Notes: generated by a model from the letters alone, not told the origin. A stretch of 64,000 nucleotides of DNA from Candidatus Cloacimonadales bacterium (GCA_963677495.2 CAXXOU010000001.1:96001-160000), one strand, 5' to 3'; shown: positions 1 through 9,971, numbered from the stretch's first letter. Made by a program: numbers and translations.

Positions 1-41
1 CAAATTCTTTCATCTATATTATCTATCCTTTTGCGTTATCA

Positions 42-2753
42 TTAATGAGCTTCATACCAGTTGTCACCTTCTCCAATGTCAACTGTTAATGGAATAATGC
101 CCTTATACTCATCAGGAAGTGCTTTTTCCATCTCCTCTTTGATCAGCTTCTTAGCTCTATCAATCTCAAAAGTGTCTACTTCAAAAATTAGCTCATCATG
201 TACCTGAATTATCATCTTAATATATTCATCATCTTTCAATCGCTGTTGCACATTATTCATTGCTACTTTGATTATATCTGCTGCACTTCCTTGAATTGGC
301 ATATTTACTGCGACTCGCTCTGAGTCTGAAGCAAATCTGTTCTCTTTATTTATGTTTGGCAAATAAAGCCTTCTTCCCAACATTGTTTCACAATACTCAT
401 TCTGCTTTGCAAATTTAACCTGTTCATCCATCCAGTTTTTGATTGTAGGGAAAGTTTTGAAGTAGTTTTCTATGAACTGTTTCGCTTCTTTTCTACTAAT
501 GTTTAGTGTCTGAGAGAGTTTTACTGATCCCATCCCATAGATAATTCCAAAGTTAATAGTTTTTGCTTGAGAACGCTGCTCTTTCGAGACCTGCTCTTCC
601 GGTATATCAAAGATAAGAGCTGCTGTTCTAGTGTGTATGTCTATCCCTTCACTAAAAGCCTTTATCATCTCTTTATCTTTAGAGAGAATTGCTAAAAGCC
701 TTAACTCAATCTGAGAGTAATCCGCTGATATTATCATGTTTGATGCTTCTTCAGCATGGAAAGCTTTCCTAATCTCTCTTCCCATCTCAGTTCGAATAGG
801 GATATTCTGCAGGTTGGGGTTTGTTGACGATAATCTACCTGTAGAAGCAATTGTCTGATTAAATGATGAATGAATCCTACCACTCTTACTGTTAATCAGC
901 TTAGGTAGAGCTGTTACGTAGGTAGAGAGCAATTTAGTTAGCTGACGATAATCACTAATATGTCTTGCTATCTCATGCTCATGTGCAAGTTTTTCAAGAA
1001 CCGTAGTATCAGTGGAATAACCGGTCTTAGTCTTCTTCACAGGTGGGATTCCCATATCTTCAAACAGAAGTTTACCAAGCTGTTTTGTAGAGTTTAAGTT
1101 TAACTCATAACCTGCAATCTCATAGATATTATTCTCTAGTTCCTCTCTTAGTTTCTCTATACGTTCTTCCAATCCACTTAAGAAATCAGTATCACAGAAC
1201 ACACCATTTTGTTCCATCACTAGAAGTGTAGAGATTAAAGGCATCTCCATTTCAAAGAAGAGCTTATCCAAATTGTTATTCTCAAGTCGTTCACAGTACA
1301 TCTTGTGAAGCAAGTATGTCACATAAGCATCTTCTGCAGAGTATTTACATGCTGTTTGCAAAGGAACTCTATCGAATGTAAGTTGATTCTTGCCTTTACC
1401 TATCAACTCAGAGATAGGCATCATTTCATAATCTAACTCAATCTCAGCACATTTATCCAGTGAGTAACCTCCACGACCTGCATCAAGCAGATAAGCAGCT
1501 ACCATGGTATCAAACAGCTTGTTCCTTAAGTCATAGCCCTCATAGTGCAATACATGTAGATCATACTTGATGTTATGACCAATCAAGATCTTGTTCTTGA
1601 GTGCTTTCACAAGTTTAGGCAAATACTTATCAATGTCTAAGTTATCAGCTTCCAAGTGCCTAAAAGGTATGTAGCAACCTTGTCCATCTTCAAAAGCAAT
1701 CGCAACACCAACAAGATCACAATCATGAGCATCAATTCCTGTAGTTTCAGTATCAAAAGCGATAAATTCATGCTTAACCATCTTATCTATCATCTCAAGA
1801 AATGACTTTTCTGTATTTACTAAGATTGGTTTGAACTCAACTTCTGATTCCTCTTTTATCTGATCCTCTTTCACAAAATCTTCAAGTTTCTCTCCAAAAA
1901 CTGTTGCCAGTTTCTTCTTCAAACTAGCTATCTCATAGAAATCAAGAAAATCACTTACCTTCTGGAAATCAGTCGGAGCAAAAAGAAACTCCTTTTCATC
2001 AGTTTCAATTGGTACATCCAAAACAATCTTTGCTAGTTTCCTTGAAGTGAAAGCATCCTCTTTGAACTCAATCAGTTTCTTCTGCTTTGAACCCTTAATC
2101 TCATCAACATGTTCATAAATTCCTTCAAGAGTGTCATACTCCTGTAACAATGCTGAAGCTGTTTTAGGTCCTATCCCCTTTACTCCGGGAATATTATCAG
2201 CTGAGTCACCCATCAATGCAAGATAATCCACAAACTGGTCAGGTCTAACACCATATTTCTCATATACCTTTTCAGGATTAAGGAACTGCTCTTTCTTTGG
2301 GTCGAAAATACCAACATTCTCACTTACAACTTGAGCATAATCTTTGTCACCGGTTACAAGCACAACATTGAATTTATCCTTGTATCGGTCAGCCATTGTG
2401 CAAAGCACATCATCAGCTTCATATCCCGGTAGTGAATACTCATCCATCCCAAGCAAACTGAAGAACTGACGTATAGGTTCCAATTGCGAAACAAGCTCAT
2501 TTGGCATAGGGGGTCTATTGGCTTTATAATCAGAGCTAATCTCAACTCTGAATGTTGGCTCTTTCCTATCAAAACCGATTGCAAAATACTTACCCTCTGA
2601 GACATCCAGTAATCTCAAAAATGAGTTTATTGTACCAAACAAGGCACTCGTATGTTGTCCTTTCGAGTTAATGAGTGGGTTCTTTATGAATGCGAAATAT
2701 GCTCTGTATAAAATTGCTGTTCCATCTATCAAATATAGCGTATCTTTTGCCAT
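42..2753 (-). CDS. polA: DNA polymerase I
   Basis: N-terminal 5'-3' exonuclease (LIDG, YKANR, EADD), 3'-5' exonuclease (FDTETTG) and polymerase A motifs (DYSQIELR, KTINFGIIYG, QVHDEL). Confidence 0.98.
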   Translation of the reverse strand: MAKDTLYLIDGTAILYRAYFAFIKNPLINSKGQHTSALFGTINSFLRLLDVSEGKYFAIGFDRKEPTFRVEISSDYKANRPPMPNELVSQLEPIRQFFSLLGMDEYSLPGYEADDVLCTMADRYKDKFNVVLVTGDKDYAQVVSENVGIFDPKKEQFLNPEKVYEKYGVRPDQFVDYLALMGDSADNIPGVKGIGPKTASALLQEYDTLEGIYEHVDEIKGSKQKKLIEFKEDAFTSRKLAKIVLDVPIETDEKEFLFAPTDFQKVSDFLDFYEIASLKKKLATVFGEKLEDFVKEDQIKEESEVEFKPILVNTEKSFLEMIDKMVKHEFIAFDTETTGIDAHDCDLVGVAIAFEDGQGCYIPFRHLEADNLDIDKYLPKLVKALKNKILIGHNIKYDLHVLHYEGYDLRNKLFDTMVAAYLLDAGRGGYSLDKCAEIELDYEMMPISELIGKGKNQLTFDRVPLQTACKYSAEDAYVTYLLHKMYCERLENNNLDKLFFEMEMPLISTLLVMEQNGVFCDTDFLSGLEERIEKLREELENNIYEIAGYELNLNSTKQLGKLLFEDMGIPPVKKTKTGYSTDTTVLEKLAHEHEIARHISDYRQLTKLLSTYVTALPKLINSKSGRIHSSFNQTIASTGRLSSTNPNLQNIPIRTEMGREIRKAFHAEEASNMIISADYSQIELRLLAILSKDKEMIKAFSEGIDIHTRTAALIFDIPEEQVSKEQRSQAKTINFGIIYGMGSVKLSQTLNISRKEAKQFIENYFKTFPTIKNWMDEQVKFAKQNEYCETMLGRRLYLPNINKENRFASDSERVAVNMPIQGSAADIIKVAMNNVQQRLKDDEYIKMIIQVHDELIFEVDTFEIDRAKKLIKEEMEKALPDEYKGIIPLTVDIGEGDNWYEAH

Positions 2754-2913
2754 AGTAATTCCTTAAGATTTTTGTGAAAAGTAAACTGTGTCTTAATGGT
2801 GTCAAGGAAAATGCAGAACATCTACCTTCGAAATGGTACTCTTGTCCATTCTCCTCTCGGAAAAGAGTTCCAGTATCTCTGAGTATCTTCACTTCAAGCT
2901 TAACGTTTCTTTC

Positions 2914-3265
2914 GCCTATCATCAGCCTATCTTAATACAGGTTTAATATCTATCTTTTTCTGCCTGCTTTCCGGACAGTCTCTTATCCTCCAGCCCCAGG
3001 GAGCCCCAAGAGACTCCCTGGAATCGGACAGTTTTCTCTGCTTTATTATGATAGGGCAAAGAGAGGATGATTATACTATTATCATTGTCCTCTACTTTTC
3101 TATATTCGTTCCGGTTTAGCTGATTTGTGGGTACAATGGACGTAATACTTGATTGCTCTATCTTAATAGAAAATGAGCTTGTATCTTTGGGCCATCTGAC
3201 TCCAATCCAATTCCCATCTGTTGTAACGGGAAGCTAACGGGGATCTAACGGGAAGCTAACGGGGA
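2914..3265. repeat. ~350-bp dispersed non-coding repeat, copy 1 (copy 2 at 52986-53336), ending in four 11-bp TAACGGG units
   Basis: Same-orientation similarity, including the near-identical core AGGGAGCCCCAAGAGACTC..GGAATCGGACA.TTTTCTCTGCTTTATTATGATAG; TAACGGG units at 3224, 3235, 3246 and 3257. Confidence 0.85.
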
Positions 3266-3379
3266 GCGAATTGGTAGTAAGAAGATGAAATTGGGGTTAG
3301 AATCATGGACAAGATTGGGGCCAAGGCATCCCTGTTCGGATTTGAAAACCGTATTCTTCTGCTTTTTAAGAGGGCAGAA

Positions 3380-3726
3380 AATATAACTAAGTTACTGTGT
3401 AAGGCACTATGTAGATATTTCAGTAGCTGTCGCAATAGCGACCGAAGGAAGATGGGCGAATAGAGAAAATAGCGAAAGTACATCACTATGAGTCCAACTC
3501 TCTTCGATCACTATGACTCAAATGATGTAAGTTATTGCAAATTGCACTGTGTATGTTTGCTTTCAGATGACGATTTTAAGGTTCATTTCAGGAAGTCCGT
3601 TCTCCTTATCAGTCTGACAAACTCCCTGAAATGCAGCAAGTTGTTTGTTTGCACTGAACTCATCGCGAAAGTGTGCAAAAATTAGATACATGACAAGACG
3701 CACCAACGCAGATGGTGCACTCCATA
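3380..3726 (-). repeat. Inverted, interrupted copy of the 141-bp palindromic (REP-like) unit at 17133-17410
   Basis: 3691-3726 is the reverse complement of TATGGAGTGCACCATCTGCGTTGGTGCGTCTTGTCA; ~3380-3475 is the reverse complement of the unit's second half (CCCATCT.CCTTCGGTCGCTATTGCGACAGCT); ~200 bp lie between the halves. Confidence 0.85.
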
Positions 3727-3764
3727 TTTTCGCAAGTTTCTATGAACGCTAGTTAGGTTGTAGA

Positions 3765-4070
3765 TTATTTCAACTTATCAGCTAAATCCCAACGTCTTCT
3801 TTGAATGAGGATTTCTGACAAAACTTCAAGATATAGGGATTCATTTATGATTTCATCTTCATCACTATAATATAGTTCAACATGTCCTTCAGGAATTGCT
3901 CCTTCGGTTTCAATATCATACTCATCAAGTTCTTCCGGGTAGATAATCCCCAGCGTAGTTTCAACACCATAGCCTTCACGATTAATAGCTTTCTCAACTA
4001 CCTCGTCAAGTGAGAGATGAGCCCTCTGAATCAACATCTCAACAATCTCTTTAACATCATTTTTATTCAT
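3765..4070 (-). CDS. Small acidic protein, possibly CdiI-like toxin-immunity protein
   Basis: 101 aa, very acidic; the REGYGVE..IIYPEELDEYD..VELYY..EIINESLY pattern recalls ribonuclease-toxin immunity (CdiI) proteins, recognised from memory only. Confidence 0.45.
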   Translation of the reverse strand: MNKNDVKEIVEMLIQRAHLSLDEVVEKAINREGYGVETTLGIIYPEELDEYDIETEGAIPEGHVELYYSDEDEIINESLYLEVLSEILIQRRRWDLADKLK

Positions 4071-4209
4071 ATATCTTTGCTAACCGGGGGAAAAAAACAG
4101 TCAAGAGAATTGATGGAAAAATAAGTAGTTAGGGATTTATATTGACAGAGTTTTGAAATACTAAAAATTGTTTGTAAAATACGCTAAATAAAACTATATA
4201 CGGAGGTTT

Positions 4210-5274
4210 TTGATGAGAACATGTGGAAATCGTTACGGCACACATAGAGTTGTTGAGCCACAAGGTGTTTTACCACAGCCTGCAAGAGTAGTTAACAATG
4301 ATATGACAGAGATCTGGGACAATGAAATGTTAATCGACGTAATTCGTCTTAATGTGGACTCAGCATCTTTCCATCAGATTAAAGAAAAACTTATTGCTCA
4401 GGGTCACGAGAATGATCTTGAACAGGCTTTTGCTGATCATGTTATTGATCTTACTGACAGAACAGGAAAACATAAAAATGAAGATACAGGTTCAGGCGGA
4501 ATGCTTATTGGTCGCGTATCTGCAATCGGACCTAACTTCGAAATGAAAGAGGAAGTTAAAGTTGGCGATAAAATCGCTACACTCGTATCACTTTCACTTA
4601 CTCCTCTGAAAGTAAACAAAGTAAACAAAGTTCATTTAAATAAAGATCAAGTTGATGTTGAAGGACAAGCAATTCTTTTCAGCTCAGGTATCTATGCTAA
4701 ATTACCTGAAGATATGGATGAGAACCTTGCACTTTCTATTCTTGATGTAGCCGGTGCTCCTGCACAGGTTGAAAGACTTGCAAAACCGGGTGACACAGTA
4801 GTTATCCTTGGTTCAGGTGGAAAATCAGGTATTCTTTGTAATGCAATTGCTAAAGAGAGAGTTGGTGTATCCGGTAAAGTTATTGGACTTGTACATCATG
4901 AAAACCATAAAAATGACTGCTACATTACCGGTTGTGACCATGTTGCTATTGGTGATGCAACTAATGCAGTTCAGGTTGAAGAAATTGTGCACAAAGCTAC
5001 TGATGGTAAGATGGCTGACCTTGTTGTAAACGTTGTGAACGTTGATAACACAGAGATGGCTTCAATCATGGCTTGTAAAGATAGAGGAGTGGTTTACTTC
5101 TTCTCAATGGCAACATCTTTCACAAAGGCTGCTCTTGGTGCAGAAGGTATTGGAGCTGATGTTGATATGATCCTTGGTAATGGTTATGCTCATAATCACG
5201 CAATGATCTCTATCGACCTTCTCAAGAGAAATGAAACTCTTATGAAGTTATTCAAAGAGAGATATACAGACTAA
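4210..5274 (+). CDS. kdd: L-erythro-3,5-diaminohexanoate dehydrogenase
   Basis: YGTHRVVEP N-terminus, GKHKNEDTGSGGMLIG, LVSLSLTPL, FFSMATSFTKAALGAEG; adjacent to kamA. Confidence 0.92.
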   Translation: MMRTCGNRYGTHRVVEPQGVLPQPARVVNNDMTEIWDNEMLIDVIRLNVDSASFHQIKEKLIAQGHENDLEQAFADHVIDLTDRTGKHKNEDTGSGGMLIGRVSAIGPNFEMKEEVKVGDKIATLVSLSLTPLKVNKVNKVHLNKDQVDVEGQAILFSSGIYAKLPEDMDENLALSILDVAGAPAQVERLAKPGDTVVILGSGGKSGILCNAIAKERVGVSGKVIGLVHHENHKNDCYITGCDHVAIGDATNAVQVEEIVHKATDGKMADLVVNVVNVDNTEMASIMACKDRGVVYFFSMATSFTKAALGAEGIGADVDMILGNGYAHNHAMISIDLLKRNETLMKLFKERYTD

Positions 5275-5291
5275 ATATTATTAGATAGACA

Positions 5292-5317
5292 TAAAAGCTC
5301 AGGAAACTGAGCTTTTT
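5292..5317 (+). terminator. Hairpin / intrinsic terminator between kdd and kamA
   Basis: AAAAGCTCAG-GAAA-CTGAGCTTTTT. Confidence 0.6.
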
Positions 5318-5340
5318 CTATCTTTCAAAGAGGTATTAAA

Positions 5341-6609
5341 ATGATTACAGATATAAAATCAACCGCAACTGAACAGGAGTGGAACGACTGGCATTGGCAG
5401 TTGAGAAATAGAATCTCAACAGTCGAAGAGTTAAAAAAATATATCGTTCTTACTGAAGAAGAAGAAGCACTTTTTGCTGATGAAGATTTCTCATTCAGAA
5501 TGGCCATTACTCCTTACTACCTTTCACTTATCGATCATTATGATCCTAATGACCCTATCAGAAAACAGGCTATTCCTGCTATTATGGAAAGCTTCCTATC
5601 TAAAAATGATATGGCTGACCCATTGCATGAGGATGTTGATTCTCCTGCAAAAGGTCTCACACATAGATATCCGGATCGTACACTTCTCTTAGTTACAGAT
5701 CAGTGTTCAATGTATTGTCGTCACTGTACTCGCCGTCGTAAAGCCGGTGAGAATGATATGGCAATGCCTATGTCTGAAATTAATAAAGGAATTGAATATA
5801 TTAGACAGCATAAAGAAGTGCGTGATGTAATCATCAGTGGTGGCGACCCACTTACATTAGGAGAGAAGAGACTTGAAGAGATTATCTCTCAGCTTTATGA
5901 AATAGAGCATGTTGACATAATCAGAATCGGTTCCAGAACTCCTGTTGTTCAGCCACAAAGAATCACAGATGAGCTTTGTGCGATGTTTAAGAAGTATCCA
6001 CCAATTTGGTTCAATACACATTTTAATCACCCTAATGAGATTACTCCTGAGTCAAAAGAAGCTCTAAGAAAGCTCGCAGAATCAGGTGTGGTTCTTGGTA
6101 ATCAGACAGTTCTACTTAAAGGTGTAAATGATCATGTTGAGGTTATGAAAAAACTCATGCACCTTCTTGTTAAGAACCGTGTTAGACCTTATTATATTTA
6201 CCAATGTGACCTTTCTGAAGGTATTTCTCACTTCAGAACTCCAATTTCAAAAGGTATTGAGATTATTGAGTCATTGAGAGGACATACATCAGGTTTATGT
6301 GTTCCTACTTTTGTTGTAGACGCACCGGGTGGTGGTGGAAAGATTCCAGTACAGCCAAACTACATCTTATCACAGATGCCTGGAAGAGTTATTCTTCGCA
6401 ACTATGAAGGCTTCATTACAACATACACAGAACCTCAGTATCAGATACAGAAACGCGAAGATTATCGTGGATTAGTTGAAGAGGTAAGACGTTCTGATGA
6501 TGGTGTTATGAATCTTCTCTATGGTAATAATCTTTCATTTGGTCCTGAAGATACCAAACGTAATGTTCGTCAGGAACAGATTAAAGCTTTTAAAGCTAAA
6601 CAAGACTAG
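5341..6609 (+). CDS. kamA: Lysine 2,3-aminomutase (radical SAM, PLP)
   Basis: WNDWHWQL, THRYPDR, CSMYCRHCTRRR (CxxxCxxC), DAPGGGGKIP. Confidence 0.97.
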   Translation: MITDIKSTATEQEWNDWHWQLRNRISTVEELKKYIVLTEEEEALFADEDFSFRMAITPYYLSLIDHYDPNDPIRKQAIPAIMESFLSKNDMADPLHEDVDSPAKGLTHRYPDRTLLLVTDQCSMYCRHCTRRRKAGENDMAMPMSEINKGIEYIRQHKEVRDVIISGGDPLTLGEKRLEEIISQLYEIEHVDIIRIGSRTPVVQPQRITDELCAMFKKYPPIWFNTHFNHPNEITPESKEALRKLAESGVVLGNQTVLLKGVNDHVEVMKKLMHLLVKNRVRPYYIYQCDLSEGISHFRTPISKGIEIIESLRGHTSGLCVPTFVVDAPGGGGKIPVQPNYILSQMPGRVILRNYEGFITTYTEPQYQIQKREDYRGLVEEVRRSDDGVMNLLYGNNLSFGPEDTKRNVRQEQIKAFKAKQD

Positions 6610-6616
6610 TTTCAAT

Positions 6617-6638
6617 GCCCCCTTTCATAGGGGGCTTT
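6617..6638 (+). terminator. GC hairpin after kamA
   Basis: GCCCCCT-TTCAT-AGGGGGC-TTT. Confidence 0.5.
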
Positions 6639-6645
6639 ACTTCTT

Positions 6646-7650
6646 ATGACAGCATACGATCAAATAAAACACTCTCTTTTTCCCAATGAAAGAATGGTAA
6701 TTGCAATTACCGGGCTTTCTAAGAATGCAGGGAAAACTTCTCTCCTAAATTGGTTGTTAAAGCATTTTCCACAGTATGAATATGGTTTAACAACTACCGG
6801 TAGAGATGGAGAGGAGAAGGACTTGGTTTTTGGAACCGAAAAACCAAAAGTAATCGTTTCTAAAGGAACAATAATTACGACTTTTGCTACTGAAATACAA
6901 CGTAACGCTCATTGTTATGAAGTACTTGAGAAAACAAGATTTCAGGCTGGAGGGAAGGATATTTGGATAGTACGGACAATCGCTGATTCCGAAGCTGAGA
7001 TTGTAGGCCCTGCCAGTGTAAGTGAACAACAAGAGATAATCAAAAGGCTACGCATTCTTGGAGCTAGTACCATAGTTATAGATGGTTCTTTAGATAGAAA
7101 AGCAGTTCTGTTAAATGAAAAGGTTCAAGCCATGATTATTGCTGCTGGTGCTAATTATGGTAATAGTGACTCCATTATCAAAGAACTTCGAAGATTGCAT
7201 ATTCTAAGAAATATTCCGATTGAGAGTGATGTACTAGCCAATCTGGACAATATTGCCATTTTCAAAGCTGGATGGATTCAAACAGAGTTACAGTCGTTAC
7301 TTGGAAATGAAAAGCAATTCCTTGAATTATGTCATGATCAGTATCCAGATAAGATATACATTCCAGGTGCGATTACAGGAGCAAATTGGCATAAACTTGG
7401 TAGTTTCTTTCTATCATTCCATGGGCGAGTTATAATCAGACATCCTTTTAATCTGCAGTTGAATCTAGTGAATGTCGAATTAATCTCAGAAGAGTTAGAT
7501 ATTACGACAGTCTATCCATTTATAATGAATGCAATAGCTGTGAATAGTGGGGCAATCAATGGTAATCACATAGATAGCGAGGCATTGTTAGCGGAAGTTA
7601 GAGAGTATATCCCAGAGTTACCTGTAATTGACATTATGGGCATCGAATAA
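6646..7650 (+). CDS. KamB-like P-loop protein (lysine 5,6-aminomutase reactivase subunit-like)
   Basis: ITGLSKNAGKTSLLN, TTGRDGE, IDGSLDR motifs; directly downstream of kamA as in clostridial lysine clusters. Confidence 0.7.
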   Translation: MTAYDQIKHSLFPNERMVIAITGLSKNAGKTSLLNWLLKHFPQYEYGLTTTGRDGEEKDLVFGTEKPKVIVSKGTIITTFATEIQRNAHCYEVLEKTRFQAGGKDIWIVRTIADSEAEIVGPASVSEQQEIIKRLRILGASTIVIDGSLDRKAVLLNEKVQAMIIAAGANYGNSDSIIKELRRLHILRNIPIESDVLANLDNIAIFKAGWIQTELQSLLGNEKQFLELCHDQYPDKIYIPGAITGANWHKLGSFFLSFHGRVIIRHPFNLQLNLVNVELISEELDITTVYPFIMNAIAVNSGAINGNHIDSEALLAEVREYIPELPVIDIMGIE

Positions 7651-7720
7651 ATATTTCATTTTTTTTATTGCCAAATTTACTCGAAACTGATTAACCTTCA
7701 TTCAATAAGGGGGTTGTCAG

Positions 7721-8701
7721 ATGAAAAACTCGGCAGTTGTAGTTACAATTACCGATAAGGGTTATATAATACCAACCTTTATCTTGATTCTGTCACTAAA
7801 ATATTTCAAAGTACAAGCACATGTAAATGTACTTTGTGTTGGATTATCTGAAGCAGAGAAGAAGCTATTCTCTCAATTTGAGGATGTGAATACTTTTGAT
7901 GCTGATTTGGATAACCATCGCAATCCAACCACTCGAAAAGCAGAAGCTATATTAACAGCTAAAGATGGTGGTTATGAGATGATAAGCTTATTTGACGGAG
8001 ACTGTATAGTAACAGGAGACATAACTCCATTCTTCAGACAAGATGAGCCGTCCTTATCTGCTAGATTCAAATCACCCAAAGAGGATGGTTGGGTGTTCTC
8101 AAAGTATTATCAACCCGATGATATATATGGATACATACCCAAAGTTATACTTGAGCAATGGAAGATGGATGTTGGAGAATCTGAAACACCACGAAGGAAG
8201 AACACAGTTGCTGGAGGTAATCTATCAATTCATAAAGACTACTTATGGTTTATCGATAAGTGGCATACACAAATGATGAAAGTACTTCCTAATTACAACA
8301 CGGGTGTTGCATATGATTACTCACTAACAGCTTATTCTCAACTGGATGAATCAGTGCTAAACTCACTTCTTACTTTTGCTGATAAAGTACCCCCATTAAC
8401 AGCAGGTAAATTTGATACTGATCCAAACATTTATTTAGCTCATCTAGGTCCTGGACGACCTAGATACTGGAAGCGATTCCCTAAAAGAAAACTTGTCTAT
8501 CTTGACTCAATACTTACTTTTATTAAATGGGGAAGAGAGAAAGGATATAGCTTCCCAATACTTTCTTGGCCTTTAAACCCGAAGTTGCGACTGTTTACAA
8601 AGGCTATTGCATATCTTTTCGAGACTAAAGAACTTGCCAAAAAGATAGTAAAAAAGATTTTGATTATCCTACATTTAAGAAAATATCAGGAGGAGATTTG
8701 A
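7721..8701 (+). CDS. Putative GT-A fold glycosyltransferase (GT8-like)
   Basis: N-terminal VTITDKGY..ILSL, DxD motif (FDGDCIVTGDI), later DESVLN. Confidence 0.55.
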   Translation: MKNSAVVVTITDKGYIIPTFILILSLKYFKVQAHVNVLCVGLSEAEKKLFSQFEDVNTFDADLDNHRNPTTRKAEAILTAKDGGYEMISLFDGDCIVTGDITPFFRQDEPSLSARFKSPKEDGWVFSKYYQPDDIYGYIPKVILEQWKMDVGESETPRRKNTVAGGNLSIHKDYLWFIDKWHTQMMKVLPNYNTGVAYDYSLTAYSQLDESVLNSLLTFADKVPPLTAGKFDTDPNIYLAHLGPGRPRYWKRFPKRKLVYLDSILTFIKWGREKGYSFPILSWPLNPKLRLFTKAIAYLFETKELAKKIVKKILIILHLRKYQEEI

Positions 8702-8709
8702 TAGAAGAA

Positions 8710-9357
8710 ATGAAAAGAGTAATCATCTTTTTTTTCATGATTATGGGTGGATCGATTTTATTTAGTGCTGGTAGCCATTCATGTTGAGGACCTCCACCTA
8801 AATATGTCGAGTTCGACAATGGAGTTAAGGTTCTTACCAGTGAGTTGTCAAAATACGAAAAAGCTTTTACAGGATGGGAACTAGAGAATGGAGAGTTAAC
8901 AGGTAAAAAGATTAAGTTCATTCAAGTAGCAACAAGTGCTAATGGAAAACACCTGTTTGTTGAACATAGCAAGCTAGATCATTTTTCACGTTATAGTGGA
9001 ATCAAACTTAAAGCGAAGAGATATTTTAAAGCCTTGTTAAAGGGAAAAATAGAAGCTAGGTCCATAAGTACATCCCTTAGGAAATTTGACAACTATGGTT
9101 TTGTATCAAGAGAAGTAAAACTCGCTGATGGTGTTAACTTGTTTGTTTTTTCTAATGAATCCAAAAAAGGTTTAGCTATTCAGGGTCCTAATTCACTCTA
9201 CTTTGATTTCTTTCCCGCTAATAACAGTGAGTTGATAAATAAGATAACCGATATGTTGATTGAATCTAATTTAACTGTTGCGAAAGAACCTCAGAACAAC
9301 TATATTAGTTTACGAGATATAGGAATATCAAAAAAATTTAAGGAAAACTTACAATGA
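8710..9357 (+). CDS. Putative secreted selenoprotein, paralog 1 (215 aa; UGA at 8785-8787 in a Cys-Sec dipeptide)
   Basis: ATG 8710 is in frame with ORF 8845-9357 and reads MKRVIIFFFMIMGGSILFSAGSHSC*GPPPKY; signal-peptide-like N-terminus; hairpin downstream of the UGA. Confidence 0.75.
8788..8833 (+). promoter_or_regulatory. Candidate bacterial SECIS element 1
   Basis: Upper stem TGTCG-[AGTT]-CGACA (loop 8810-8813); lower stem CTCCA/TGGAG. Confidence 0.6.
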
Positions 9358-9971
9358 AGAGAACTATCATTTTATCTATTCTAATAGCATATGCTATTAG
9401 CTTATTTGGAGCCGGTTGAGCTCCACCATCGTTTATTACCGGGTCCGGTAATGACCAGAAACATATCGTTTCAGAATTTGAAATGGTACAACACTCAGTG
9501 ACAAAAGACCCCACTGCCCCGGGTGGTATGAAAGAAGAAGTAACAGTAATCGTTAATCTAACAAAGGATGAAAAGACATTAATTTTCCCACATGATAAGC
9601 TTACTAAAAGGACAAAACTGGTTGGTAGTAAAGGGAAAGCATTGAATCTTCTGAACTCAGTCAAAAAGCAGACAAAGATTTGGTCTACTTGTGAATCCAT
9701 AAGAACAATAAGTGCCATCGGGACTGTGAATAAAGAGATTATCATGAATGATAATACAGAAATTCTTCTAATAGATAAAGAGAATAAGCCTTATGGATTA
9801 GCTATCAAGAAAGCTGATGGACTAGCGTTTGATTTCTTTGCACTAGAGTCAGATTATGGTGATATACTAAAAGCAGTTTATAAAAAACTCAATGACTATT
9901 CTCCTGCAGATTGTGGTTCATGTCGGAGAGAAACGATTGACTTTAGAGGATTAGGAACCAGCATCAAGTGA
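9354..9971 (+). CDS. Putative secreted selenoprotein, paralog 2 (205 aa; UGA at 9417-9419)
   Basis: ATGA overlap with the stop of paralog 1; reads MKRTIILSILIAYAISLFGAG*APPSFITGSGN, in frame with ORF 9483-9971; C-terminal CGSC. Confidence 0.78.
9420..9455 (+). promoter_or_regulatory. Candidate bacterial SECIS element 2
   Basis: ATTACCG-[GGTC]-CGGTAAT perfect stem, loop 9442-9445. Confidence 0.65.

Noticed and set aside
7721..8701. Upstream glycosyltransferase as a selenosugar synthase (SenB-like) linked to the Sec trio
   Set aside because: Only adjacency (8-nt gap) supports this; the motifs look generic GT8-like and no selD/senA-like gene is nearby.
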